Origin: Raillietiella orientalis
Lineage: Eukaryota
Assembly (NCBI GenBank): GCA_036172245.1
Contig: JAYWIR010000044.1
Location: 248,001 to 312,000 of the forward strand
Direction of reading: 5' to 3'
DNA length: 64,000 nucleotides
Shown here piece by piece: positions 37,361 to 49,445 of the stretch. A program made the translations under genes and the position numbers. A model generated the notes under the pieces. That model searched no databases, was not told the origin of the DNA, and saw nothing but the letters and a program-made list of their open reading frames with translations. Position 1 is the stretch's first letter; every line of letters starts with the position of its first letter.

Positions 37361-38033
37361 GGTCGTAATTCCCGATGCATCAGCGTTCAGCGATCGGTAA
37401 ATGTTCGCATGAACACCCGAGAAAAACAGAGTCGGTTCCAAAATCTCACCAGCAAAGGCTTTTGGACAAACTTCCCGATTCTCCAGCGAGCTTGAGTCTT
37501 CCCAAGAATTTCTTACCTCTGAGCGTCCGAGACGATTTCCAATGTTCCCTGTTCCTTCGAAGTGGTTGGCATGCTTCTGGGAACAGCAGCTATCGAATCA
37601 TCGTTGCCATCGCTTCCAGGCATCGCCATTCGGAAACACGTCAACAGGATTAGCCGCCAAGCTCTTCCTCCACAATTTGCGCCATCCTGTTGACCTCACC
37701 GATGGATGGCTGGCAGACTTCCGTCTCGGCCACTGACCTAGACTGTTTCCTCAGTCCGGCGCATGAGGTGGCCTCTTCAGTTCACTCTGGGGAAAACGAG
37801 AGCAAAGCAAATGGAGCGGTCGTGTCTGCTGAAGGCAGAAGTCGCACTCCGAGCGGCGTGCGAAGAATCCCTCAGCGACCCCCCGTGGGCTCGTCCAGGA
37901 CAGGCGGAAAGCAACCCTCGTAAAGAGGCTGCCACGGCACCATGGAAGGGTAACCTTCGATGCTAGGGCAGGGTCCTCGGATGGTGTTGCGCACTCCGGG
38001 TGTCCTCTTTCCTTGGCCGAAGAGAGTCAACTA
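37361..38033 (-). repeat. Right arm of a 673-bp near-perfect inverted repeat
   Basis: Reverse complement of 34843-35515; the spacer is 35516-37360. Confidence 0.97.
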
Positions 38034-38429
38034 TGAAGAGGCCGATGTATGGCCTTAACTCGAGCGTGCGATTGCAAGGAAGCCATGCAAGAGTTTTTTT
38101 TCCTTCTGTTCTTTTAGAAAACGTGGAAAATTTAGGTTGTGAGGATGCGAGTTTTACGTGCGGAACCATTTCTTGTTTTGTTTCCCCTGTCGGAGAAGCA
38201 AATTTACTATCTTTCCGTAGGCTGCAGCTTCTCTCGCTGCTTCATTGCTTTCCTGACATAATGATGGAGCTGCCACGTGCTCCATGGATTCGAGAGAGAC
38301 TTAAATTTTAATTCTTCGCCATTATGGCACTCAGCGTCCCAGCAGAAGAAAATTCCGCCTAACTCTACGGAACGGAGATGAGGATTTTTCAGCCGGCAAA
38401 GAGGAGCCATTTCAGTTTGAGAATTTCGG

Positions 38430-38710
38430 CTATATAAGAGTTGGGAGCGGCAAGAACTAAGGGTGCATGTTGCAGGAATGCTTCAGGGTTTCCATGGCGC
38501 CACGCTTTCCTGGTTCCTTCAGTGCGGTGGTATAGGTCCTCTGCAAAGCAGATACCTGGCAGGTAATCTCGCATTGATAGTTGGCTTTTCACAAACTGCT
38601 CCAGAGGTTATGCATCCTCAGGGAGTTTGCAGGAACGCTCTGAGGATGCCACATAATATGAAGCGAAATAAAGTCACATGACTTCATCCACAAGTTGTTT
38701 GCATACCTTT
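38430..38710 (-). mobile_element. Decayed non-LTR RT fragment (motifs 4-5)
   Basis: KGMQTTCG*SHVTLFRFILCGILRAF then ICFAEDL resemble KGVRQGC.LSP.LFN...ILR and LAFADDL. Confidence 0.45.
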
Positions 38711-39139
38711 AAAGGACGTTTCAGCCTTCTTCTGCCATCGGAAATGGCTGCGAGCAGCTTCTGCACTGCCTGCGCCGTGCAACACACTTCCAGGATGCGA
38801 AAGAATGGGCGGAACAAACCTCCTCGACGAAGAGCCGTGAATTCTCTTGGATTCCAGGGATGCGCTGCATGCTCATCAAGGAATTCTAATCTCCCCCCCC
38901 GCCATCAAGCGCTTCTGTCCGACTTGTCGCACCTGAACAGGAAGGCAGGTTGCCTGGAAGCATCTGGAATCACTCCTGCCTGGAGTTCCGGATGAAGGCC
39001 AAAAGACGAGACTCGTTTCCCAGATGGAACGAGTCATCTTTGTGTCCAGTGACGGTGGCTGCAAACACTGCACCCTGAGGACGAAGGCGTGCCCCGCCAA
39101 CGGCAATTTCGTGATCCTTATCCTCTGACCCCTGCTTCC

Positions 39140-39530
39140 TGTTTACCTTCCTCCCGGAGATGTAAAAAGGAGCAATAAGATCCCCCTGCGAGAAGCCTTT
39201 TGGGTGATGCAGAGACCGTGGGTCCTCTTGAAGGCTTGTGCACCTCGCGTCGGGACGCGCACAATTGCTCCAATCAGCCAGCGCCCTTCGGAGAAATTGG
39301 GAAGCCTCGCTTAGAGATTTTCCTCAGAGAAGTAACAGGAGTGGATCCTTTCCGAGTTCCTTTCGAAGAAGAACTGAGGGGCGTCCTTTTCCGGGTGGTC
39401 TTCCCAGAGATGACCAGCGCGATGGTTCCTTCAGGGTCCCCCTACCAAACGTAAGAGAAACGGAGTGTTTCCTTCGGAGCCCTCCCCAGTTCATGGGGTG
39501 GTCCTTTCCCGAGGTGATCCCCTCTAACAT
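39140..39530 (+). repeat. Diverged copy of the repeat-rich 3' body of the 10203-10831 element
   Basis: Shares gatccccctgcg.gaagc and aacaggag.gg.tcc.tt.cg.gttcc.ttcg.agaagaa with 10610-10790. Confidence 0.65.
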
Positions 39531-41081
39531 GAAAAGTCACACGCACCTTCGCTTGGGGTCGACGGTGTTAAAGAGCTCCGTAAGCCCCTAGGCGAACGGT
39601 TCTTGAGTACTTAGACAACCAGCAAAGAAAGAATAAATTAGCCCTAGAGGCGAAGTCTTGGACACATATTGGTGCGTCCAAGAGAACTGCCGGCTTGAAG
39701 GAGAAGGAGGAGCAGGAAGAATGGAGATACGAAGGAGGAGGAATGGAGGAGGAAGAGGAGGAGGAGAAAGAGGAAAAAGAACGGAAGAGATGCCCAGATC
39801 TCCCCAGTATTATCAGCAGCCATCGAAGACTGCCCCGATGAGGATATCAGGTTGGACGGATGGTTGCCTTGACTCAGGACTACAACTGGATCTTCTCTCC
39901 CGCTAACTGTAGTGCCTGAAAACAGAAAAGAGTTCAGACGTGGACGATAGACGGGCAGGTCTGGAGAGGACACTAAGTCTAGTGTACTGCAGACACGCTT
40001 GCGGCCCGTTACAGGGAACGGTAAAGGGCACAAGACCTCGCGGGCTGAAAGAGCGCCGTCTGCTGCAGCGCAGACGTTTCTCTGGTAGAACACCGACGGC
40101 ACCCAGTCGGCAAGTTGGCAGATTCCCTGAAGCAGCATTGCAAACGAAAGCAGCTGCTGGGTTGTCGGACAGTGCGTTAGCAGGCTGCTGCTTTCACCCC
40201 CACCACCAGCCCTATAGGACCCCTCGGTCGCTTCAAAATCCCGCTGGGAGAAACCCAGATCCCTACAGTGTTGCACGACAGCTTCGGTCCCCCCCTCCCT
40301 GAAGTGGCAGGACTCTGGAGTTGCGACGGACGCTTCCACCACTGGGCCAGGGAAAGCGCGGTCCCAGAGTGTGGCAAGTGTGGAGAAAGGGAAACTCCGC
40401 CCCATCTGCTTTTGGATGCGTTGTCCTCTGATGCATGTGAGGAGCTCTTTGATCGCGTCTCTGAACTTCCCAGGAGACCACGCGAGTCCACGTGTCGCAG
40501 GATGTCGCCTGCAGAGGCGATTGCAGTTCTGTTCTGTTCTGTGCCTCCTTCCGGCGACTACTTCCGAGAAGCGATGTCCTCCGTGGCTTCCTGAATTAGC
40601 GGAATTGAACTCCCGCCAATTCGGGCGAGGAAAGAAAAAAAAAAAAAACTTAATGTGTCCGTGTTCTTGTTAAGATTTAGTATTGCGACGACTGCTCACG
40701 GGCGCGACCGGAAGGAAAACCAGCGACCAGTTCTAGCTGGCAAGTTCACAGATGACCTGTTTTTACCAATCACTCTCCAGAGTCTGCCTCACACCGTTTG
40801 AAGGTCACTCTGCACAGGCAGCACAACCGGGACGCTATCCTGGTATTCTTCCGCAATTTGGAAGCCTCATTGAAGAGCTGACCACACTCAAGGCTGATGA
40901 CGCTCTGTGCATTCTCGGGCTCCAGAAAGGTTGCCAGGCTACCGACGTCCGGCAGATTCACCCCAGCTTACAAAGAACTACTGATCTGAACATCCTTAAT
41001 GCCAGCTCCGGTGTCTCAATTCACAAATCGGTGATCAAACCTTATTTTCAAAGCCTTTTGTTTTCGTCTCCTGCTTCCTTC

Positions 41082-41973
41082 TACGAGGCGCATTTCAAAA
41101 GTAAAGGCCGATAGGATAGAAAGAAAGAACAAATGAGAGAAACAAAAATATGTATTGGCGGTTCGAAACACTTACATCTCCATGTCATTTTTCTAATTAG
41201 TCGCCATTTTTTCCCAATCACTTTTGATACCGTGGATGGAGCTTTTCTGAAACCTCTTGCACGAAATTCCGCCGCCTTGGACTTCAGCAGCTCTGCAGTT
41301 TTCAACTGCTCCCTTTCTCTCCCGGGAATCGTCGTGCCACTTCCTCAGGAGCAGGAAGACGTGGTCGTCACTGGACTGTAAGGCGGGTGATCAACAAATT
41401 CCCATTTGAATTTCCAAATTGTCTGGAATGTGCGGCCAGCATGCGTTGCCAAGGCGCGCGTCGTCGTGAAGGAGAACAATTCCTGAACAACGTGGTCAAT
41501 TCCGAATGACACGCCACAGTTTTGAAAGTGTTTCACAGCAGGCTGGAGGAGTGATGGCTGCTCATGACTCCGTAAAGTTCACCGAAGGCGCACCCCTTTG
41601 GTCCCAGAGCACAGATGCCGCCATCTTTCTTTGCTGGAACTTTTTCATCGTGGGTGAACTTGAACGGTGCCACTACATGGATTGCCGTTTTGACCCGACA
41701 TCGACGTGTGTGGAATCCACGTTTCGTCGCTGAGGAATGTGAGGACTTGAAAACTGCGGTGCTGAACTGACTGAACTCCCAGGCGGCGGAATTTCATGCA
41801 GAGGCTTTCAAAAAAAGCTCCATCCACGGTATCAAAGGTGCTTGGGGAAAAAATGGCGACCACGTAGGAAAATGACCTGGGGATGCACGTGTTTTGAACC
41901 ACGAGAACATTTTTGCTTCTCTTTATTTGTTCTTTCTTTACATCCGATCCGCTCTTTTGAAATGCTCTTCGTA
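41082..41973. repeat. Diverged inverted repeat (arms about 41082-41313 and 41741-41973), MITE/foldback-like
   Basis: gtcgccattttttccc.a.ca.tttgataccgtggatggagctttt...gaaattccgccgcc is present on both strands; spacer about 430 bp. Confidence 0.85.
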
Positions 41974-42597
41974 TTTTCCTCCAGGCAGGGCAAAAAAAAA
42001 AACGTGGACGTGTGCCTCGACTCCACGACTTTCCATCCGCCAGCTATGCTTCCACATTTGCAGAAGAGACTTTAAGGTTCATCGGAGCACCCATCCTGAA
42101 ACGCTTGATTTCAGCAGGAGTGTCGTAGCTGGGAATCATCGGTTGGGTTTTGTGATGAAGTCGATTCAGTTTTGCCGCATGCATCTAAAAATGTAAGAAA
42201 GACGTATCTTTCCGTCATTAGCTGTCGGTGAGTCCTCAACAGTGATTTTGTCAATGTACAATGCTTGTACTCCAGTGATAAGCAAAGAGTTACGCGATAC
42301 CTTGCGCACGAAGCTGATTCCAGAACGGTCAATGTCCCTTAATCCAACCAACCACACACTATCAATCCCGTTAATGCCCTTAAGGCTCAATCCTGCCTTC
42401 AATTGCCATCCTAATCACCAACCAACGAAGGATTGCGCTCATAGTCACCAGTTGCTTCCATATAAACGACAGACTACGAACAGTCTTCGATCTACCTCTG
42501 TGACCATCCTATTTCCCATAACTCACTAGAAAATTCAAAATTACCGACAGAACTGTAACGACCACGTTTACAACCTCCTACGTCTGCCATCAGTCTG

Positions 42598-42615
42598 TCG
42601 CTTCTCGGCTAAGAT
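42598..42615 (+). ncRNA. U2: Possible U2 snRNA 5' fragment with internal deletion
   Basis: TCGCTTCTCGGC+TAAGAT corresponds to about U2 nt 2-13 and 22-27, i.e. loss of CTTTCGGC between two TCGGC repeats. Confidence 0.45.
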
Positions 42616-42619
42616 TGGA

Positions 42620-43010
42620 GTGGGAGACGAGACGTCACAAACCAGGTACAGACACTCTCGTCTTTACGCAACCAGACATGACGCGATAGCGACCAGAATG
42701 AGGACAGCGGAGACAGAAAAGGATTGCTGGAAAACCAGGGGTTTCGAATCAGCACGTCCTCTTCGTCCAGTTTTCGCCCTACGGAAGGATAATAAAAGGG
42801 AACTAGTATGTTTCGTGTTCATTGAAAAACTGGAAAACGCCTTCGATGCAGCCAGAATGAAGGAAAGATGATTGCAGGGATGTTGCCTTCCGACTCTCCG
42901 GGAGAGGAAGTGATGTCAGATGGGATATCATCTTAGCCTCGGTCCTCTTGGAACTTGGGATCTAAGAAACTATGCAACTATTCGGGAATTGAGGTTCTCG
43001 TGAAGGTGTG
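42620..43010 (+). mobile_element. Decayed RTE-clade RT fragments
   Basis: RGF...PVFALRKDNKRELVCFVFIEKLENAFD resembles AVFALR...KELHCVFVDLEKAYD, and CNYSGIEVL resembles CSNYRGI.L. An opposite-strand RLYGSNW (LYGSETW-like) lies at 42448-42468. Confidence 0.55.
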
Positions 43011-43149
43011 TACCCAAGAGGAGGCAACATATGGTCAGAGCATGTATCGGATACACTCGCAACAGCTACTGCCGGCTGCAACATCAGCCACGTGGTGCGG
43101 ATGTCCTGCAAGTGCAGGAACAACGAGACGAGGTACAGCAGCTCTTTGA

Positions 43150-43950
43150 CGAGGAGAAGGACTCCTGCGGCCTAGACGACTAAGCACGGTCCACGTAGTA
43201 AACACCCTTGGTTCAACGAGACCAGGGCTTCTATTCCCAAAGCAGGAGGATGTGAAGATTGAGAAGTCCTCCAAGAGCAGGAAGATTTCGAACCTCAGGA
43301 ATTTATTCATTGAGAATGGGTGCTTGCAAAGCAAGCCATGTCGGATGGCAGTGGTGGAGGACTCAGCACAGTACAGAGGATACTTCGTCCGCGAAGACTC
43401 CAGGCTGAAGCGCTGGGCGGGAGAATGAAAATGGAAAGAACTTCTTCCGTTGACAAAGTCCAAGAGGCGGAGGCTCTGTAGCTCGCGCTCAAACTCAAGC
43501 AACACTGATCATGACCTTGATCAGTGCAGCTCATTGAGTCTGCAGTCCACCGAAGAGACTTTGTCCTGTACTCCCCCAGTGGTATTTTTGTGTGACCCCG
43601 ACCAAAGAGCGTCGACGCTTTTCGGGGGAGGCACCCACTTAAATCACAGCCACGGATGCTTCCCTCTCACGCAGCCTGGTGTAGATAATCAGATTATAGT
43701 CAGCATACTTTGTTCCATAGATTTCGCATCAGAGTGCTGGAACTCTCGCTGTTACCTTTCCTCGTAGCCGAGTCTTTCGTCAGCATCTTGGATTGCGTGC
43801 GGAAAAGAGGTTGCACGATACTGCATTCATCCCTGTTCTCAGCGATGCCAGCCAGCAGCCACCGCTTCTGGGAACTGTTGCACGATCTAAAACAGGCTAC
43901 CCACGTGTATGAGCGTCTATGCGATGCTTTCCAAGTTTCGAACCTTCGTT
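43150..43950 (+). mobile_element. Decayed L2-type LINE ORF2
   Basis: PRSKHPWFNE, QSTEETL (HSTETAL), VDNQIIVSIL (VDH.ILL) and HRFRIRV (RFGI.G) occur in the expected order. Confidence 0.55.
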
Positions 43951-45337
43951 TAGCGTACAATTGCTGAGCAGAAACTTGAATTCCCGACTCGGTTCTAGAG
44001 GAGTCCAAAGTCATCTAGAATTTTACAACGGGCAGGCAGGCTCTAAGCACAATGCTGGAGCATTTGGACCGTCTGTGATTTTCGTATCTCGACAGTAGAG
44101 CAAAAACGAACCTGAATGCAAGAGAATCTAGTAGAGCTCTTTAGAAAATCCATCAGCTTAATCGAATCCTTAAGTTCACCAAGAACCAAGCTGGATAAAT
44201 TTTTAGGGCTCCTCAACATGTTCCTTCTTTACAAAATCCTATGAAACAAACGTTCTGTGCCTTCCCTTCTCGCATGTTGATTCTTTCAATCGCCTACTCA
44301 GAAAACCACGGTTTGAGTGGATCGATGCGGTCACTGTGCCACACCACGAATCTGGGGTCACGCAGTGACAGTCTTGCAGAGTCCAAGGCTCCAGAAATCG
44401 AAAGAGGATTTTCCAGCGTAGCGCTGTTGCCTGTTTTCTATTTCAATCGTTTCAAAGTTGCTTTTCCTGAAGCATCATCTATTAGCATCTGCCTTTCGTT
44501 TGCTCCACATTCCATGGGGAGTCCAGGAGAATTCCTTTTTTGGCTTTCCTGAAAGAATAAGACACCATCTGTCGCCGTACTTGCCAAGGACACTCACAGA
44601 GTAGCGCTTTTGAAAGAAACTGTTGCATAACGGACGTCAACCTGCTCGTGCCGTAGCCATGGTTACCAGAAACGCACTTCGCTTCTTGATTTTTCTGTGG
44701 AGGGAACAGAAAGAAATGCGAGTTTTATAAAGAGTTTTGTGGACTAGGGGCATGTGAAGGCCTTACCATTATCCATCATCCATCTATCAGTTGCTCTCTC
44801 ATAAACTTGATCCTTTGTCGCCTGGATGGTTGAAGTCAAACGTTAGCATGGTGCGCCCTAGGTACTGCCTGCCGCAGTGGTCCCCGAAGTGGTGAGTTGG
44901 CCAACCTTAACTGGTGCCCTGCTTAGGGATATTGACAATTTGTGGTAACGAACTGGTACATGCATCTGATCAGACATCTTCAGGGGATCATTTCCGTGCA
45001 CTTGGAATTAAGCTAATTCCAAAATGAGTAGAGGCGGCTTCCGCAATTGCGATTTCTTCTTTCTTTTTCGTTTTCATACTTAACCACTCTCATAGGTTCA
45101 AGAGCCAGTTCGTCCGGCTATCCTCCTCCTGGGATGCCAAGAACGGAGATGTCCTGAGCGAGCCAGGAATTTCCCAGAAGGCGCGCGAACCTACGATCGA
45201 AAGAACGGAGGAACCGCATAGAATAAGGGGACCAGTATCTTTTCGACCTTCATGACCTGTGCAGGAAAACAATTCTTCTCTCTTGCACAGTGCCAGACCT
45301 AAAGGGAAGCCAGAGTCCGTCATATGGATGAGCAGTA

Positions 45338-45890
45338 GGAAGATTTCGAACCTCAGTGATCAATTCATTGAGAACGGGTGCTTGCAAATCAAGCCACGTC
45401 CGACGGCAGTGGTGGAGGACTCAGCACATCACGATACAGAGGGTGTTTCGTCCGCGAAGACTCCAGGATTCAGCGCTGAGCGGTAGAATGAAAGTGGAAA
45501 AAACTTCTTCCGTTGACAAGGAAGTCCAAGAGGAGGAGGCTCTGTAGCTCGCGCTCAAACATTCAACATTTCAGGAGTGACCACTTCTCAGCCCCATTCA
45601 GCTGCGGCCATGAACCGGTCGAGCAGTACGTCTGTTCCCTGGATGCACAGGAGAGACAGCCACTAACAGCGATTTGACACGTGAGACGGCGTCTCGTTGC
45701 GAAGACGACGTCTTCTGCAGCTGCGAGCCTACTTGCAATGTGAGATCTGTATTTCTGACCGGGCGAACTATGACCTGCGAAGTGAGGATCACTCTGTAAT
45801 CCTTAGCACCTACTCACCTGACCTGAGAAAGTGCCTGGATCTTCCGTCTAATGCTACGCATGACATGGTTGTTGCATGGTCCCTGTAATT
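45338..45890 (+). mobile_element. Second L2-type piece; 45338-45560 is a direct repeat of 43280-43494
   Basis: Clear DNA repeat ggaagatttcgaacctcag...ggctctgtagctcgcgctcaaac. Downstream RAYLQ...NYDLRSED resembles the L2 C-terminal P.YL....LRS motif. Confidence 0.6.
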
Positions 45891-46453
45891 TTCTATAAGG
45901 GGTTGGTATCCCTAACGGACGCTCGACGCGAGTTTTCTATTCACGGAGTGCACGGAATGTATTGTCCTCCGTCCGGTTGTCCGTCCTCAAACATGGACGT
46001 GCATCTTGGGTCCCCATGAGTCGTGGCTCTTGTTTCTCGGACGGCCACAGGCTTCGTGCGTTCACGCTTAAGATTCGTGAAGATCTGCATCATCAGGCAG
46101 TGTGGCGGTTTGCCGGACGAGGGAGCGAGCAAGAGGACGTTTCTACCGCTGGGTGCTCAGAAGTAAGAAGCTGAGGGACATGGAGCCTTAGCAAATGTCC
46201 GCGCCATAAACGTGCTCGCCTCGCAAGGGCGATTCGTGACTCCCCCCCCCCCCCCTCGGAAGTGTCGCCTTCAACACTGACTTCACGACTGAGTAGCTGA
46301 AGACACTCTTTTAACAATCTCTTCGTCTAGCTGCCAATTATAATGCAGTCAGAGCCCAGGAAGGAATCGTAAGGAACTATGGTCATCTGCTATGCTTTGA
46401 TTTCGGGATATCCCCTTGGCTTGCAAGCGTCTTCGCGGGGATGGCCCAGCCGT

Positions 46454-46772
46454 CCAATAGATATCCCGACTAAATCGAATGACCGAAGATACCATTAACC
46501 TCCTCATCTTATCCGCATATCTTCAGGGGATGCCACACCGTCTTATTACTCCATTTTTCGGATCCCATGAACTAAGTGCTCCAATAATAAGAACATGGAC
46601 GTCTACTCTCATTCCTTTTAGGGTTGAGATTGCGCCAGTGGTTAATATTTCTGTTCTTTATCCTTTCTGGCAGTGTTAAGCGCATCCTCACCATTTTCAA
46701 ATGGGCATGCAGCATCAAACACCGCTGTTCTATTTTCTTTTTGGAGCACTAGGTCTGGTTTATGTAGGAAAT
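46454..46772 (-). mobile_element. 5'-truncated Utopia (NeSL group) retrotransposon, RLE domain
   Basis: Reads KPDLVLQKENRTAVFDAACPFENGEDALNTARKDKEQKY*PLAQS, then after a frameshift LKGMRVDVHVLIIGALSSWDPKNGVIRRCGIP*RYADKMRRLMVSSVIRFSRDIYW. The PD..D, PFENG, K..KY, GxLxSWDP and SRDIY motifs are all present. This frame is not in the ORF track. Confidence 0.9.
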
Positions 46773-46807
46773 CCACGCTTTGATCTTAGCCGAAAGGCCG
46801 AGAAGCG
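46773..46807 (-). ncRNA. U2: U2 snRNA 5' fragment (about nt 3-37) abutting the Utopia tail
   Basis: Minus strand CGCTTCTCGGCCTTTCGGCTAAGATCAAAGCGTGG versus U2 ATCGCTTCTCGGCCTTWTGGCTAAGATCAAAGTGTAG. Confidence 0.9.
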
Positions 46808-48889
46808 GAAAGCTATAGTAAAATAGCCAAGATCAGATTGTTTTCTAACCTGGAGGGCATTTAACATTGGAAAATCCCCTTTGCCTCGTTCGTTGCCCCA
46901 CGACCCAGAGATGGCACGGAACAGCTCAAGTCCGAGTGGTTTTTCCAGGTATCCGTTGGCTTCGCCCGTTTTCAAGTGTGGGACGCCTTGTTCGCTGACG
47001 CAGCAAGTAGTCGCCATTGCCAGCCTGGGGGATTGCGGTAGAAAAGCGTGGCGTGGGTTAGCCGAGAGACGAGCACGAAGACGTGCAGTTTTCACGAGAG
47101 CATCATCCAGTGTTGGTCATCCACAAATGGGGATTCCGAGCGCGTAAGGTTGGCTGCGAGAAGATGGAGTGCATCGCTTCCAGCCCTGACTTCCCTGGAA
47201 TCTTGCCCATCGGGCTTTACGAAGTTGACCGCATTATCACGTACGGAAGCAAAAATTCTGCATCACTTATTCCGCGTTTGTGATGAAACTCCATCGAACA
47301 AGAGAAACCACTTCTGTCGCCCATTCCTTTCCATCGAGAACGTCAGAACCCCACCTATTACACACCGTCTCCCATGCTAATCGGTCCCCACTTATTGACG
47401 CCCTCAGAAAACGAGGAGCATTTCAAGAGTCCAATGAGGACTGCGGACACTCCCACCATGAAAGCTCCTTCCTTCTCTTGAGCATTGTTCTCTGCAGCCC
47501 TCCTCCGGCATTTAGCAATTTCCACCTCAAACCGATAATCCAGAGTCCGAATTGAGAGTGTCTGTTAGTATCGATTTGCCTCCCCCTGTGCCGGGAGAGG
47601 TGAACTCGATTAGTCGGCGCTTTGTTTGTCTGCAGAAGTGTACATGACAAGAGACGGCTGCTCCTCAACCTTCTGAATGCGTGTTTTCTTTGGGGGTGTC
47701 TGATGTTCCGGAAACGAGTGCCGTCGCTTTCCTATTGTCTGCGCGGATTTCGGTTTCATTCCTCGTATTGGCTTTCTTCCCTGAGCGCTTTTCTTGCAGC
47801 ACCCTACGAACGTTCTTTGAGAGGGTATTCCAGCTGAAGCCATCATTCTCTAAAAAGAGGAGGGAGCGGAGCAAGAGACCTTCCCAACAGTGGGTGCGGA
47901 ATGCACCATAGGGTTGAGGCTAGGAGGAAACTCTTGTAGAATCTTCATGCTGCTCCGAATCTCGTGGTTGCATACTGGTGCCGCTGGTGCTGCAGGCGGA
48001 ACATTCCTGATCGATGTCTCTCATCTCACCATTGCCCAAGAGATCATTGATCTCTCTCTCAGCCGTGGATTGAGGGTGCAGTTCCGAGTTGAATACGAGT
48101 GCGATGACCCTGGCTGCGAGATGGTCTTTTGCTCGAGGAATGTTTTAATGCGAGACCTGGGTGGACACGGAAGACGTGAATTTCCGCCTTACCTGTCAGC
48201 GACTGGCAGCTCCTTCTCAATGAGACACCTTAGAAAAGAAGGCCACAACCAGTAGGGCCACCGATTTTCAAGAAACCGAATCGAGAACGGGAAAGGCATC
48301 TTTAGAGCAAGCAGCTTCCCAAATCTTCCGTCGGGTGTCTCCGAGTGCCCGCGAGGCAATTCAAGGGAAAACCAAGAGGAATCTATTGAAGATTTGGATT
48401 TGCGCCCAGAAGCAAATCTTCTTAAACTCCAGCTTACCCTCATGAAGAGAAAAGAAGTTTCTTCTTACGGAACGACACCGTGTCGAGGATGCGCCCGGGT
48501 GGGATGACGATCCAAAGTTTGTGAACAGAGAGAGCTTGTACGAGCTGATGGACCCATCACCATTGGTGCGAGGCAGGCAGGTTTTTGATGAGGCAGAAAC
48601 GGGGCTCCTAGACGTGCATAAGGATTACTTAGCAGCAGTTTCTGGATGATTTCCCAGAATTTCAAGTGTCGTGGCTTCCGAACTGAAGAAGCTGAAAATT
48701 CCCACAATATAGACGACTCGTCTCCACACATGACGGAACCTCATCCAGAGCTGCTGCTGGAATCCATATGCTTATCTAGATCCCTGCTCGTAGAAGGAAA
48801 AAGGAATCGCAAAGAGCAACGAGACTAAGATTTTCTCCGTCTTCACCCCTAGTCCTGCATATCTTCTTTTGTCGGTATGAGGTTATGAT

Positions 48890-49445
48890 GGTTCCAAGAA
48901 TCCTTCGTTCACACTCGCATCGATTCGTGCCAGTTCCTCTCGGATGTTCACATTCCAAGGGATTCGCCCATCGAGAGCATGCTCCAGCCGATATGTCCAG
49001 TGTGTGAAGCAGCCATATTGGACCTCCTGCTCTCGCCACGACTCTTCCTTAAGGGCATTCGGTGGAACCTTACAGAGTCCCGCTATTAAGACTTTGACGT
49101 CCACCTCAACCCCCTCGTCCACCTCGACGATGCAGAGAGAGTGAGCGAAGTGCTTTCATCTGGGTTCCCTTTCTTTCTTGAGCGCTTAGCAAAGCGCCAA
49201 AGGTGCTTCCGGAAAGGTAGGCAACAGGAACCAGGACCACCCTTCCAGCATCGTGCAGTGAGTGTTCCGAGCATCCAGACGGAGACGAGATGCCCATATG
49301 ATGGATGGTTGATCCTTTGCAGGAAACCACTTCCTAAGATCCCACTCTCGAGCACGAGCCGCTCGTAAGGCCAAGAGAGGAATCTGTAAACATCGAAGGA
49401 AAGGTCGGAGACGTCGAAAAATTCCTGCGGTTCCGTGATCAATTG
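48890..49445 (-). mobile_element. Unidentified coding repeat family B copy
   Basis: EFFDVSDLSFDVYRFLSWPYER...VQYGCFTHWTYRLEHALDGRIPWNVNIREELARID; homologous to 52180-52570(+). Confidence 0.65.
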
